A stretch of 64,000 nt of DNA from Candidatus Latescibacterota bacterium (GTDB taxonomy: Bacteria > Latescibacterota > UBA2968), in assembly GCA_965198115.1 (NCBI GenBank), contig OZ240241.1, forward strand, positions 864,001 through 928,000. Direction: 5' to 3'. Both the position numbers and the translations under genes were made by a program. Shown here in pieces: positions 1-10,081 of this stretch (its first letter is position 1; every line of letters starts with the position of its first letter). The notes below the pieces were generated by a model. That model was not told the DNA's origin, did not search any database, and worked only from the letters and a program-made list of their open reading frames with translations.

Positions 1-371
1 AGCAAGCAGCCATTCCTATGGGCTTAGTCTCCAACGTGACCGGACCTGTCGAGATATTTCAAGAGGACCTAGACCGCAAGAACTTGACGCCCTTCTTCAA
101 GGTGGTGGTCTGGTCTGGTTCTGTTGGTTATCGGAAACCGGACCGGCGCATCTTTGAGATTGCTCTCGACGGCCTTGATCTGGAAGCAGGGAAGCACATC
201 GCGATGGCAGGAGATAGTGAAGAGGCTGACATACTTGGTGGGAATTCAATGGGTTTCACGACAGTCAGAGTTGTGAAGGCCGCGAGTGATCAGAAGACAG
301 CTGCCGATTACATCAGTACCGGATCTGGCCTTCTTGATCTTTTCCAATCAAGCATCAGGATATCACCATGA
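1..371 (+). CDS. HAD-superfamily hydrolase, C-terminal part (start probably before the window)
   Basis: Motifs GLVSN, KPDRRIFEIAL and GDSEEADILG match HAD motifs II-IV. Confidence 0.8.
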   Translation, partial: QAAIPMGLVSNVTGPVEIFQEDLDRKNLTPFFKVVVWSGSVGYRKPDRRIFEIALDGLDLEAGKHIAMAGDSEEADILGGNSMGFTTVRVVKAASDQKTAADYISTGSGLLDLFQSSIRISP

Positions 372-425
372 GGAGCACGGCCTTGCCGTCCGTGGCAAGG
401 CCGTCCCCACCGGGCCACGGCAAGC

Positions 426-564
426 GTGTAACAACGGGTTGCAGCTCCGCTCCCTCCGGTCGCTCCGGCCTTCGGCACACCTGCCTTTGTCACACCGGCT
501 GCTTACGCAGCCGGCGCGCCATCCCTCCGGGACGGCAGGCGTCTGCAACCCTGGAACGTTAAAT
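426..564 (+). other. attC-like integron cassette recombination site
   Basis: GTGTAAC-AACGG-GTTGCAG ... CTGCAAC-CCTGGAAC-GTTAAAT: TAAC/GTTA core, a GTTRRRY right end and nested internal palindromes (CCGGCTGC-TTAC-GCAGCCGG), just after a gene stop. Confidence 0.6.
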
Positions 565-665
565 GCCATGCCGGTGCCAGAAAGGCGGCCCTTCCCCCTG
601 GGCCGCCCTCAGATCACTGAACTCTCTGCCACGCTGCGGATGAATAGGTCACCGATCGGCTGACG

Positions 666-1022
666 CTAGGCCGAATCGGACTCCGAGTTCGTACCTCTCA
701 TGTAGCCACAGATGATGAAAAGCGCACCGGCCAGCAAACCGGGAATCCGAACGATCGTTGCGGGACCAAATCGGAAGGCCGGTTTAACGGAGGCGACGAG
801 GATGTAGATGGCTACGATGCTGAGAATATGAACCAGCCCCCCCCACCTTCTCCCACCGCCAGGCCCCACCGGTAACAGAACGGCCGGGCTGACCATCAGG
901 ACAACCTGGACGGGTATCGGCAGAGGAATGCTCGAATATTGCAGGATCCCGGGAACCTGGCTCAACCACATCAGCGCATAAAGGATTCCCAGGATACGTG
1001 CGACCCACCGTACGGTGTTCAT
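666..1022 (-). CDS. Small hypothetical membrane protein
   Basis: 118 aa with about 4 hydrophobic segments; upstream SD-like GGAGGGAGG. Confidence 0.55.
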   Translation of the reverse strand: MNTVRWVARILGILYALMWLSQVPGILQYSSIPLPIPVQVVLMVSPAVLLPVGPGGGRRWGGLVHILSIVAIYILVASVKPAFRFGPATIVRIPGLLAGALFIICGYMRGTNSESDSA

Positions 1023-1253
1023 CTGACGCGCCTCCCTCCTGTTCCAGTCGTTCGTCTACGTCCTTTCCTCGGCCGCGGCAGGCCGCCTTGTTGTTGAACT
1101 GCACCCCGGGGTCGTTGCCCCTCAACAAACGATATTCGACAGCCGAGACGATCGTCAAGACGATGAAATAAGGAGCGTCTGGCCCGATGGTCGGAAGGAA
1201 CAAAGAAGGGGCGCCCCCAGAGGGATGCGGCCCTTCTAAGACTCTCTTTTTTG

Positions 1254-1724
1254 GGCTCTATCCGGGTTTCTCAACGGTGAAACTATAGAATGACAAGGTC
1301 ATAGATCGTTCCCTACGCTTGGTTGTGTGTGTAGGACAATCAAAGCGAAGGGGGTGCGACCTATGACCGGGAGCAGATTACTATCGAAACTGCTGAGATT
1401 CAAGGGGTTCCGTGTTGTCAGCTGGTGGTTTGAGGGGAGAAGCTGCTTCGTCATCGCCGTAAAGCCACATAAGAATGGTTGTTGTTGTCCGGAGTGCGGC
1501 CGTCGAGGTAAAATCGTCCGCACAATGCCCCATCCGCGTCGGTGGCGTGACATTCCGGTGTGCGGGTGGAGGGTCTGGCTTCTCTACCATCCTCGGGAGA
1601 TTCGGTGTCCTACCCACGGTCGTGTGGTCGAGGAGATTCCGTGGGCGGAGCGGTTCTCTCGGGTGACGTATCGCTTCGAGTATGCCATGCTGCGCTACTG
1701 CCAGACCATGACGCAGAAGGCGGC
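1254..1724 (+). mobile_element. ISL3-family element, 5' fragment
   Basis: Essentially identical to the first 471 bp of the full copy at 5336; cut by an IS3 end at 1725. Confidence 0.9.
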
Positions 1725-1944
1725 TGACCTGCCCCCCTGGATTGTTCCCATTCCTAAAGTTAGGATATCGGAACATAGAAAGGGGGCCGAATGGCCAGGA
1801 AGCGATACACAGCGGAGCAGATCATCGGACATCTCCGTCAGGCAGAGATTCGTATATCGTAAGGCAAGACGGTCGGCGAGGTCTCGCGTGAGCTTGGCGT
1901 CAGTGACCTGCCCCCATCTATGTGTCCACATCCAGAGTTAGGAT
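1725..1944. mobile_element. IS3-family fragments: left end plus orfA start (1725-1903), then the right end of a second, inverted copy (1904-~1944)
   Basis: Both pieces begin TGACCTGCCCCC and match the two ends of the element at 29070-30293. Confidence 0.85.
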
Positions 1945-2225
1945 TTGCCACGAAATAAGTGCTGCACTTTTCAAGGTAATGATCTTACGCTCGGAGTGTG
2001 GACGTCGAAACTCTCCGAACGAAGTATGAAGCCTTGGCTCCGGTGCTGACGGAACGCACGCGTCGTCTGTGGGCCGCCACGGAAGCCGAAGCGTTGGGTC
2101 ACGGTGGGATCGCGATTGTGGCTCTGGCGACAGGAATGTCCAGAGAGCGGATCTTTCGTGGCATTCAGGAGTTGAGGTCGGACGAACCTTTGGACCCGGC
2201 TCGCATCCGGCGTCCAGGCGGCGAT
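1940..2225 (+). pseudogene. ISAzo13-family transposase N-terminal fragment
   Basis: LRTKYEALAPVLTERTRRLWAATEAEALGHGGI...RIRRPGG is the typical ISAzo13 N-terminus; similarity stops after PGG. Boundaries approximate. Confidence 0.75.
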
Positions 2226-2359
2226 CACCCTATAGTGCCGTCACATCGTCCTTCTCTCGCTACGTTGCGGCCTAGGCGAGCGGAGAATCCAAGCTTTTTT
2301 GAACACTGAACACGCCTATCCAGACACCCATCTAACCGTTTCCATCTGCGAGAATCACC

Positions 2360-3991
2360 ATGACTAAAACTCACAGACCCGCCGTCCAGGGCACACGCCA
2401 CGCAATCGCTTCAACGCATTACCTCGCCTCGATGGGGGGCATGCGGATCCTCGAAGAGGGTGGAAACGCGGCGGATGCGGGCGTCGCGGCCGGTATCTGC
2501 ATCAACATGGTCGAGACGCATCTGACGCAGTTCGGTGGCGTCGCGCCCATCATCTATTGCCCTGCATCAGGCGGATCGGTTGAAACGATCAGCGGTCTGG
2601 GACGATGGCCGGGAGGCGCAACGGTCGATTATTATCGCGAGCATGCAGGCGGTGGTTTGCCGGAGGGGATCCTCCGGTCCGTCACCCCGGCCTCGCCCGA
2701 CGCCTGGATCACCGCACTCGCTCGGTTCGGGACGATGACGTTCGAGCAGGTCGTTCAGCCGGCGCTGGAGCTTGTCGAAAGCTGGCCAGAGCGTTACGCC
2801 GGGCAGAAGGACATGGCTACGACCTTCAGGCGTCTCATTGAGGCCGAGTCGAAAGCGGGTGGAGACAGGCACGCCGGTCTGAAGGCCGCTCGCGATCTTG
2901 TCTACAAGGGAGAGATTGCGCAAGAGATTGCGGCTTTTTCGGAGAAGGAAGGAGGACTCCTTCGCGCCGAAGATCTGGCGGCGTTCAGCGTGCGGATCGA
3001 GCCGCCCGAGTATAAGCACTTTCGAGGTCACGATGTTTACTCCTGCGGTCCCTGGTGCCAAGGTCCATCCCTGCTGATGGCGCTCAACATCCTGGATCGG
3101 TTCGATCTCCAGGAAATGGGACACAACAGCGCAGATTACCTGCACATCCTCCTCGAGACGATCAAGCTGACGTTCGCGGATCGACACGATTACATCGGAG
3201 ACCCCGACTTCGTGAACGTGCCCATGGAAGGTCTGCTAGCAGACACCTATGGTGAAACGAGGGCGGAAGCGATCAACATGACTGCAGCGGCACCTGATAT
3301 GCCGCAAGCGGGCGACCCGTGGTCGTTCCAGTCAGAGCCGCGACCAGAGAATGGATCGAACGGGAATGTTGCTCGGGGCGAGACGGCTTACGCGTCGACG
3401 TGGGAACGAGACACCGCCTACGTGTGTGTGGTAGATGGTGAAGGCAACGCCTTTTCAGCGACGCCGAGCGACCCCATCGATTGGAGCCCTGTGATCCCCG
3501 GCTTAGGGTTCAGTATATCGGCCCGTGGATCGCAGTCGTGGCTGGACCCAGATCATCCCTCGTGCCTCGCCCCCGGAAAGCGTCCGAGGCTCACGCCGAA
3601 TCCAGCGATGACCCTGAAGTATGGGAAGCCGTGGATGCCCTTCGGATGCCCGGGCGGGGATGCACAGGTGCAGGGCATGCTTCAGGTCTTCCTGAATGTT
3701 GTCTGCTTCGGGATGGATCCGCAGCAGGCGATCGAATCGCCACGTGTCGTGTCGCACAGCTTCCCCAACTCATTCTGGCCGCATCATTCGCGCCCGGGAG
3801 AGGCCGTTGTCGAAACACGCATCAAGGAAAGGGTCCGTCAGGATCTCTCGCGTCGGGGACACACGATCATAGAGGACGGGGAGTGGTCAAGTGGGATGAG
3901 CCGGATGTGCGCAATCGTAGTCGATCAAGAAACGGGCTTGCGGACCGGAGGCGCCGACCCCAGAGGCCCCAGCTACGCCATCGCCTGGTGA
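2360..3991 (+). CDS. ggt: Gamma-glutamyltransferase family (Ntn hydrolase)
   Basis: GGNAADA, candidate nucleophile Thr in DTAYVCVVD, PGKRPRLT, PGGDAQVQ, GGADPR. Confidence 0.9.
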   Translation: MTKTHRPAVQGTRHAIASTHYLASMGGMRILEEGGNAADAGVAAGICINMVETHLTQFGGVAPIIYCPASGGSVETISGLGRWPGGATVDYYREHAGGGLPEGILRSVTPASPDAWITALARFGTMTFEQVVQPALELVESWPERYAGQKDMATTFRRLIEAESKAGGDRHAGLKAARDLVYKGEIAQEIAAFSEKEGGLLRAEDLAAFSVRIEPPEYKHFRGHDVYSCGPWCQGPSLLMALNILDRFDLQEMGHNSADYLHILLETIKLTFADRHDYIGDPDFVNVPMEGLLADTYGETRAEAINMTAAAPDMPQAGDPWSFQSEPRPENGSNGNVARGETAYASTWERDTAYVCVVDGEGNAFSATPSDPIDWSPVIPGLGFSISARGSQSWLDPDHPSCLAPGKRPRLTPNPAMTLKYGKPWMPFGCPGGDAQVQGMLQVFLNVVCFGMDPQQAIESPRVVSHSFPNSFWPHHSRPGEAVVETRIKERVRQDLSRRGHTIIEDGEWSSGMSRMCAIVVDQETGLRTGGADPRGPSYAIAW

Positions 3992-4073
3992 TCCTGCAAG
4001 GGAAGTTTTCCTGGGCCGCCAAGATGGCTTAGGTGCTTCCCGAACAGCGAACAGCGAACACCGGAGACAGAAG

Positions 4074-5021
4074 ATGCCCGGACAGTTAGACGAACAGACC
4101 GCCGCGTTCCTGAAGTCGTATGAAGATCCCGACGCCCCGCCACTCCATACGGTGTCCCCGGATGATTTCCGCGCGATGATCCGTGAGTTGATCGAGGCTG
4201 TCGGAGGCGACGCGGAGCCCGTGTCATCCGTCGAGGATACCACGATTCCTGGGCCGGGCGGGGAGATCCCTGTGCGCGTCTATACGCCTGAGGGCGAGGG
4301 TCCGTTTCCGATTCTCGTTTACTATCACGGCGGTGGATGGGTGATCGGGGATCTGGATACGCTCGACCCGGTGCTCCGCCCGTTGACCAACCAGGTCGGG
4401 TGTGTGACCGTTTCTGTCGACTACCGGCTCGCACCGGAAAACGTGTTTCCCGCGGCAGTGGATGACGCCTACGTTGCCTTGAAATGGGTCCACCGAAACG
4501 TGTCAAGCGTCAACGGGGACCCGGACCGGATCGCAGTGGGGGGTGACAGCGCCGGTGGTAACCTGTCAGCGGTCGTTAGCCTGATAGCGAGGGACAACGG
4601 TGGCCCCCCGATCGTACACCAGTTGCTGATCTATCCGGTGACGAATCTCTCCTCCCTGGAAACAGATTCTTACCGGAATTTTGCCGACGGCTACCTCCTG
4701 ACGGAAGAGATGATGGAGTGGTACATCGACCTGTACGTGCCGAAAGAGGCCAACCGTAAGAATCCACTCGCTTCACCTCTGCTGGCGGCTACCCTTGAGG
4801 GTCTTCCTCCCGCCCACGTGGTGACAGCAGAGTTCGATCCGCTCCTGGACGAGGGGAAAGCCTACGCGGATGCATTGCGTGAGGCTGGCGTGACCGTAAA
4901 GTACTCGGAATACGACAGCACGATCCACGGCTTCTTCACCTTGCGAGGCGTCATCGATCGCGGCAACGAAGGCATCGCTGAAGCGGCCGATGCACTGAAG
5001 GCTGCATTCTGTCTTTCCTGA
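4074..5021 (+). CDS. Alpha/beta hydrolase, HSL-family esterase
   Basis: HGGGW, DYRLAPE, GDSAGG, EFDPL and HGF motifs. Confidence 0.92.
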   Translation: MPGQLDEQTAAFLKSYEDPDAPPLHTVSPDDFRAMIRELIEAVGGDAEPVSSVEDTTIPGPGGEIPVRVYTPEGEGPFPILVYYHGGGWVIGDLDTLDPVLRPLTNQVGCVTVSVDYRLAPENVFPAAVDDAYVALKWVHRNVSSVNGDPDRIAVGGDSAGGNLSAVVSLIARDNGGPPIVHQLLIYPVTNLSSLETDSYRNFADGYLLTEEMMEWYIDLYVPKEANRKNPLASPLLAATLEGLPPAHVVTAEFDPLLDEGKAYADALREAGVTVKYSEYDSTIHGFFTLRGVIDRGNEGIAEAADALKAAFCLS

Positions 5022-5040
5022 CAGCTGACAACTGACAACT

Positions 5041-5072
5041 AAAAAGGCTGCAGCGTAAGCTGCAGCCTTTTT
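5041..5072. terminator. Bidirectional intrinsic terminator
   Basis: AAAAAGGCTGCAGC-GTAA-GCTGCAGCCTTTTT between the convergent esterase and tRNA. Confidence 0.85.
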
Positions 5073-5074
5073 CA

Positions 5075-5151
5075 TGGTGCGGATGCCAGGATTCGAACCC
5101 GGAACCTCCTGATCCGTAGTCAGGTGCTCTATCCAGTTGAGCTACATCCGC
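5075..5151 (-). tRNA. tRNA-Arg(ACG)
   Basis: GCGGATGTAGCTCAACTGGATAGAGCACCTGACT-ACG-GATCAGGAGGTTCCGGGTTCGAATCCTGGCATCCGCACCA; cloverleaf, T-loop and encoded CCA. Confidence 0.97.
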
Positions 5152-5335
5152 AATGCGAATTTCGATGTGCTCAAGCAGCCGAGAAGAAATCAAAAAGCCA
5201 CGGGTGTGTCAAGATATGGGTTGTTTCCTATACACCGCCGGCCGTCTACCTCAAGTAAGATCAGGCTTTGCGAGATCCGTAATCCTGATAGCAAGGTTGT
5301 CTCCAACCACCACAACCTCCCCATGACCAAAAAGA

Positions 5336-6755
5336 GGCTCTATCCGGGTTTCTCAACGGTGAAACTATAGAATGACAAGGTCATAGATCGTTCCCTACGC
5401 TTGGTTGTGTGTGTAGGACAATCAAAGCGAAGGGGGTGCGACCTATGACCGGGAGCAGATTACTATCGAAACTGCTGAGATTCAAGGGGTTCCGTGTTGT
5501 CAGCTGGTGGTTTGAGGGGAGAAGCTGTTTCGTCATCGCCGTAAAGCCACATAAGAATGGTTGTTGTTGTCCGGAGTGCGGCCGTCGAGGTAAAATCGTC
5601 CGCACAATGCCCCATCCGCGTCGGTGGCGTGACATTCCGGTGTGCGGGTGGAGGGTCTGGCTTCTCTACCATCCTCGGGAGATTCGGTGTCCTACCCACG
5701 GTCGTGTGGTCGAGGAGATTCCGTGGGCGGAGCGGTTCTCTCGGGTGACGTATCGCTTCGAGTATGCCATGCTGCGCTACTGCCAGACCATGACGCAGAA
5801 GGCGGCGTCCGAGTTACTGCGCATCTCTGCCTCGACGCTGTCGGATCTCCTTCACCGATCCATCACGCGGCTTCGTGAAGGTCATCGTATCCGAGGGCTC
5901 AAAACCATCGGGATCGACGAGATCTCCTACGCCAAGCGTCACAGGTACGCCACGCTCGTTTACGATCTGGACCGCTCCTGCGTGGTGTGGGTTGGCCGCG
6001 GCAGGGCGCGTAAAACGATCGATCGGTTCTTCACAGAGGCTCTCAGTCCCTACCAGAGATCCAAGATCGAGTGGGCCTGCTGCGACATGAGCGAAGCTTA
6101 CATCGGAGCCATCCAGGAACACTGTCCGAATGCCAAGCTGGTCCTCGATCGCTTTCACATCGTCAAGGCTCTCAATGCCGCCGTTGACGAGGTCCGTAAG
6201 GACCAGTGGCGTAAAGCTGCCCCGGATGAGCGCAAAGCCATGAAGGGCCTCCGATGGCTCCTCTACCGGCACTCAGCGACACGCTCCAGAGGGGATACTC
6301 GGACACTCAAAGCACTGGAGAAGGCGAACTACCGAATCTATAGAGCCTGGAGACTCAAGGACGAGTTCGAGCAGTTCTGGGAATACAAAGCGCCCTGGGC
6401 TGCCGAACGCTTCCTGAAATGCTGGACGACGTCCGCACTCAGAAGTCGACGTGAACCCCTGCGAAAGTTCGTCAGGACCCTGCGACAGCACTTCTTCGGC
6501 GTCCTCGCATTCGTGAACACGCGTCTTACCAACGCCATCGCCGAAGGCCTCAACCGAATCGTCCAAATCGTCAAGAACCGAGCCAGCGGATTCCGCACAC
6601 TCGACGCATTCAACGATATGATCTTCCTTACCGTCGGAGACATAAACATCCCTGAGCAGATTCCGAAGAGGTTCCGCACACTCTAACCGCGCCCCCATGC
6701 CAGGAACCACGGCACCTTCACCCACTTCATCTCGTTGAGAGATCCGGATATAGCC
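5336..6755 (+). mobile_element. ISL3-family IS, intact copy (1420 bp)
   Basis: IRs GGCTCTATCCGGGTTTCTCAACG / GGCTATATCCGGATCTCTCAACG; 8-bp TSD CAAAAAGA at 5328-5335 and 6756-6763. Confidence 0.96.
5409..6686 (+). CDS. ISL3-family transposase
   Basis: CPEC/CPTH zinc finger, IGIDE, CDMS, LDRFHI, TNAIAEGLN...GFR. Confidence 0.95.
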   Translation: MCRTIKAKGVRPMTGSRLLSKLLRFKGFRVVSWWFEGRSCFVIAVKPHKNGCCCPECGRRGKIVRTMPHPRRWRDIPVCGWRVWLLYHPREIRCPTHGRVVEEIPWAERFSRVTYRFEYAMLRYCQTMTQKAASELLRISASTLSDLLHRSITRLREGHRIRGLKTIGIDEISYAKRHRYATLVYDLDRSCVVWVGRGRARKTIDRFFTEALSPYQRSKIEWACCDMSEAYIGAIQEHCPNAKLVLDRFHIVKALNAAVDEVRKDQWRKAAPDERKAMKGLRWLLYRHSATRSRGDTRTLKALEKANYRIYRAWRLKDEFEQFWEYKAPWAAERFLKCWTTSALRSRREPLRKFVRTLRQHFFGVLAFVNTRLTNAIAEGLNRIVQIVKNRASGFRTLDAFNDMIFLTVGDINIPEQIPKRFRTL

Positions 6756-7131
6756 CAAAAAGAGACCCGTTGACCATGATTTCCATCGGCATTCCGGAGA
6801 GCTTCTTCGTCTCGACGATGGACCCTTCCTTCCACTCGAGGATTTCCTTGAGCGATTTGGGAACGCGGCCGAGCTCGATCGAGACTTTCATAGGAACGTC
6901 ATCATACCGTTCTACGAACTTTTCAACGTCGCCGAGGTCTTCGATCGTAAGTTGCTCGAACCGGGCCCGATGTGCCGTAGGGTCGTCCACCGGTCCTGGC
7001 GGCGATTCGGCTCCTGTGTCGGGCGACTCGTCCACCGGCTGCTCAATAGGCGGATCCGCCGGCTCGTCGGCAGGCTGCTCGATTGGATTGTCTTCTTCGG
7101 CCATGAATGTGGCTCCAGGCGACCGGGGAGG

Positions 7132-7521
7132 CTACGCGGGGTCTGCGGGCGGTTCGGTGTCTTCCGTAGGGGAATCGTCACCGCCCGTGTCTTCTTCGGC
7201 CAGCACGTTGCTGACTTTACCCAGAAGGTCCAACTTGGAGACGACGCCCCTAAGCTGGCCGACGCACTGACCTCCACTCACCAGGTGGACCGTGGGGACG
7301 GTTCTCACACCCTGGTTGAGGATGATGTAATCTTCTTTGTCGGTGTCCACCGAGAAGTAGAGCATCTTGTCACCCACTTCGTCGGCCGCTGCTTTAACCG
7401 TTTCCAGCATCTCCTGACCCTGCTTGCACCAGGGCGCATTGTAGTAGACCAGGGTTGTCTTTTCGGCCTTCAGAACCTGCGCCTCGAAACTCTCACGCGT
7501 CACTTCTGTCAATTCCGCCAT
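7132..7521 (-). CDS. Thioredoxin-like protein with atypical active site (WCKQG)
   Basis: Trx-fold pattern YYNAPWC..., VDTD, GVRTVPT; second Cys absent; acidic tail. Confidence 0.8.
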   Translation of the reverse strand: MAELTEVTRESFEAQVLKAEKTTLVYYNAPWCKQGQEMLETVKAAADEVGDKMLYFSVDTDKEDYIILNQGVRTVPTVHLVSGGQCVGQLRGVVSKLDLLGKVSNVLAEEDTGGDDSPTEDTEPPADPA

Positions 7522-7545
7522 GCTTCTACCCGAAATTCCTTAGCG

Positions 7546-8190
7546 TCAAGCGATAGGGCGTGAGCGTCGTCCTGACGTCTGACCACTGACGCCTGCCCGG
7601 AGCCTGTCTCGAGCGGAGGCGAGAGGTAGCCGCATCTGCGGCGAAGGTGGGACTGGCAACCATCTTAATATAAGAAAATGTTGTCCGCCTGTGCGGGGAC
7701 ACACGTCCCTTTGCTCTCGCTCGTGCTTTTCTTCCCGCAGTTTCTCGATTTCGCCGTTGGTGTCGTAGAGCTTCGTCGAGAGGTTCTTGACGAGGTTGAG
7801 AAGGATTTTCCGACAGACGCCGCCGTCTTCTGTGAACAGTTTCAGCAGAGCATCCTTCGTGATCTGGAAGCCCATGGCCTGGTCAATGGCGATCACATCA
7901 GCGGATCGAACCTCATCGGTGATCACGCCCATTTCGCCGACGAGTCCGATGGGGGAGATATAAGCAATGTCCACGCCAGTTTTGGTTCGCGCCACGATCT
8001 GACCGTCCAGAAGGATAAACAGGCTGTCGCTCGGCTGGCCGAACTGGTAGATCATCTGATCCGGCTCGAACCGCACGACCTGGCAGATTCCATAGATCTT
8101 GGCCACCTCACCATCGTCCAGGTGCTCGAAAATCGGAATCGCCTTCAAATGGCTGATGATCTGCTGCTGAGCCGCTGCATCATTGGACAT
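7546..8190 (-). CDS. Cyclic-nucleotide-binding domain protein with a C-terminal coiled coil
   Basis: IPIFEHL, LFILLDGQI, VGEMG...RSADV. The 3' end may be frameshifted (alternative end AQADNIFLY* at 7665). Confidence 0.85.
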   Translation of the reverse strand: MSNDAAAQQQIISHLKAIPIFEHLDDGEVAKIYGICQVVRFEPDQMIYQFGQPSDSLFILLDGQIVARTKTGVDIAYISPIGLVGEMGVITDEVRSADVIAIDQAMGFQITKDALLKLFTEDGGVCRKILLNLVKNLSTKLYDTNGEIEKLREEKHEREQRDVCPRTGGQHFLILRWLPVPPSPQMRLPLASARDRLRAGVSGQTSGRRSRPIA

Positions 8191-8417
8191 ACAACACCCC
8201 CGCACCGCTTTCTTCCGGGTGCATGTACAGATTCGTCATGCTTAACACGGTTATTTGAACGCTGGACTTTTCGTGAGGTCTGCAGAAAAATGAGCGATCT
8301 ATCATTCGTTTCATCTGGTCCTTGCTTTCGGGTTTCAATGGTAAGTAACAAATTAACCCATTACAACCTGTTGCAAAAGGCATCACGCCCGCTTTCGAAC
8401 CCTGATTTCGGGCGACA

Positions 8418-8446
8418 TTGACACCCTTCGAGCCCCATCCTACCTT
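8418..8446 (+). promoter_or_regulatory. Sigma70-like promoter, probably leaderless transcript
   Basis: TTGACA-17 bp-TACCTT ending 8 bp before ATG 8455; no SD. Confidence 0.55.
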
Positions 8447-8454
8447 AGTCGCCC

Positions 8455-9686
8455 ATGAGCACTGAAAATCGCCCACGAACGACCTCCAGGTCTCTGACTC
8501 TGACGGTCGGGCAAGCCGGGGGACATCTGACCGGATCGACCGAGAAACCGATCCAGGCCGCCGTTGACACGTTGAGGAGGATGGGCGGGGGACGCGTGAG
8601 CGTCGGGCCAGGTGTGTACGACTTTCGAGCGCCGCTGATGATGGCCCCCTCGGTCGCGGTGGTAGGAGCGGGGGAGGAGACGGTCTTTCGCAAAATGCCC
8701 AGCCACTCGACTCCCTTCATTCGTGACGCCGATTGGTACGAGGCACGTGTTGATGTCGAGGATCCATCCGGCTTCCAGCCGGGCGACGGCATCCTTATGC
8801 AGGTCAAGCTGGAACACGGTCGGACCGTCGTCAAACGGATCGTGACGGCCATCGATGGAAAGTCGATCCACTTGTCGGATCGGTTGATGGACAACCTGTG
8901 GCTGGAAGACGATGCGAACGCGTCCACGCTCTTCCCCCTAATTACGGCCGAAGAGTTGACGCACGACGTGACGATCGAAGATCTCGTTCTCGATGGCAAC
9001 CGCGACGGCAACGACGAGATTAACGGGAACTATGCCGGAGGTGTTTTCATACAGCGATGTGACCGCTGGCGTTTCAAGAGAGTCACGTCCCGAAACTACA
9101 ACGGCGACGGGTTCAGTTTCCAGGTGTGTGACGACGTCGTTTTCGAAGCGTGCGTATCGCACAACAATGCCAACCTCGGCTTCCATCCCGGTAGTGGATC
9201 GCAGCGACCCAGATTTCTAGGGTGCGAATCCCGCGAGAACGGGCAGGGCATCTTTTTCTGTTGGGGCGTGTCAGACGGTCGAGCCGAGGACTGTGTGTTG
9301 ACGGACAACCACGACTATGGAATCTCGATCGGTCACCGCGACACGGACAATGAAATCCTGCGGTGCAAGATCGAAGGGAATCACAAAGTCGGGATTCTGT
9401 TCAGAGAGCAGACGGATTTACGAGCCGGACATCGGACGACCGTTCGGGAATGTGAGATTCGAGACAATGGCTTTGCGCAGGAGGGGCCGGGGTGGATGTG
9501 CGAGGTCCTGTGGGCGACCTCCTGTTCGAGGCGAACGCCTTCGCGGATGGGGGACAGGGCCGTCAGCGCATAGGACTTCTCGTCGGTCCGGAAGCGGGAG
9601 ACATGACGTTGCGGGAAAACACATTCATCGGACTGGATGCGGAGATCGTGGACAGCACAGACCTGAAAGGAGCGCCGGTCACGTGA
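8455..9686 (+). pseudogene. Right-handed parallel beta-helix (pectin lyase-like) protein, frameshift near 9490
   Basis: IQAAVD...GGGRV..GPGVY, IEDLVLDGNR and NxxG repeats; the tail continues in another frame (9492-9686). Confidence 0.75.
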
Positions 9687-9907
9687 CGGAAGAGGAGATG
9701 AAAGAAAAGGCGATTCAATACTTGAAGAAGCATTACAGCGAAAACACCGTTTCTATGGATACCGTGAAAAACGGCGTCAAGGACGGGAACGGTGTCTTTC
9801 ACGTGGATTGTACCGTAAGCATCGCCGGTGGCCGGGAATCGGACTGGACGAAATGGTTCACGTTTCAGGATGGCGACGTCGTCAGCATGGATTGGAAAAT
9901 GAGATAA
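9683..9907 (+). CDS. Small hypothetical protein
   Basis: GTG overlapping the previous stop, SD AAAGGAG; plausible 74-aa product. Confidence 0.6.
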   Translation: MTEEEMKEKAIQYLKKHYSENTVSMDTVKNGVKDGNGVFHVDCTVSIAGGRESDWTKWFTFQDGDVVSMDWKMR

Positions 9908-10081
9908 TGCCGTCGACGGAGTTCTGGACCGGGAACGTGAACTGGTTTCGAAAACCATGGTCATTGATGTAGCGAACAGGGGCCTCGGGAACTCTCTGCT
10001 GATCCCCGAATAGGGCCTGGAAGCTGGATCCGCCTCCCTCTGTGTTCATTGGTGGTTCCCGCCTTTCTTTCGCGAGGTAGC

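Larger units (their letters stand above)
5251..7104 (-). pseudogene. FliN/FliM C-terminal (SpoA) domain protein split by ISL3
   Basis: DVPMKVSIELG...GMPMEIMVNGSLFG continues in frame beyond the IS as HGEVVVVGDNLAIRITDLAKPDLT* (stop 5251-5253). Confidence 0.85.

Noticed and set aside
5075-5151. tRNA-Arg as an integration site of an island
   Set aside because: I found no duplicated tRNA 3' end and no phage-type integrase in the window.
7104-7134. Thioredoxin-FliN fusion by TAG readthrough (same frame, single stop)
   Set aside because: The FliN-like gene has its own GGAG SD and ATG, and no recoding signal is evident.
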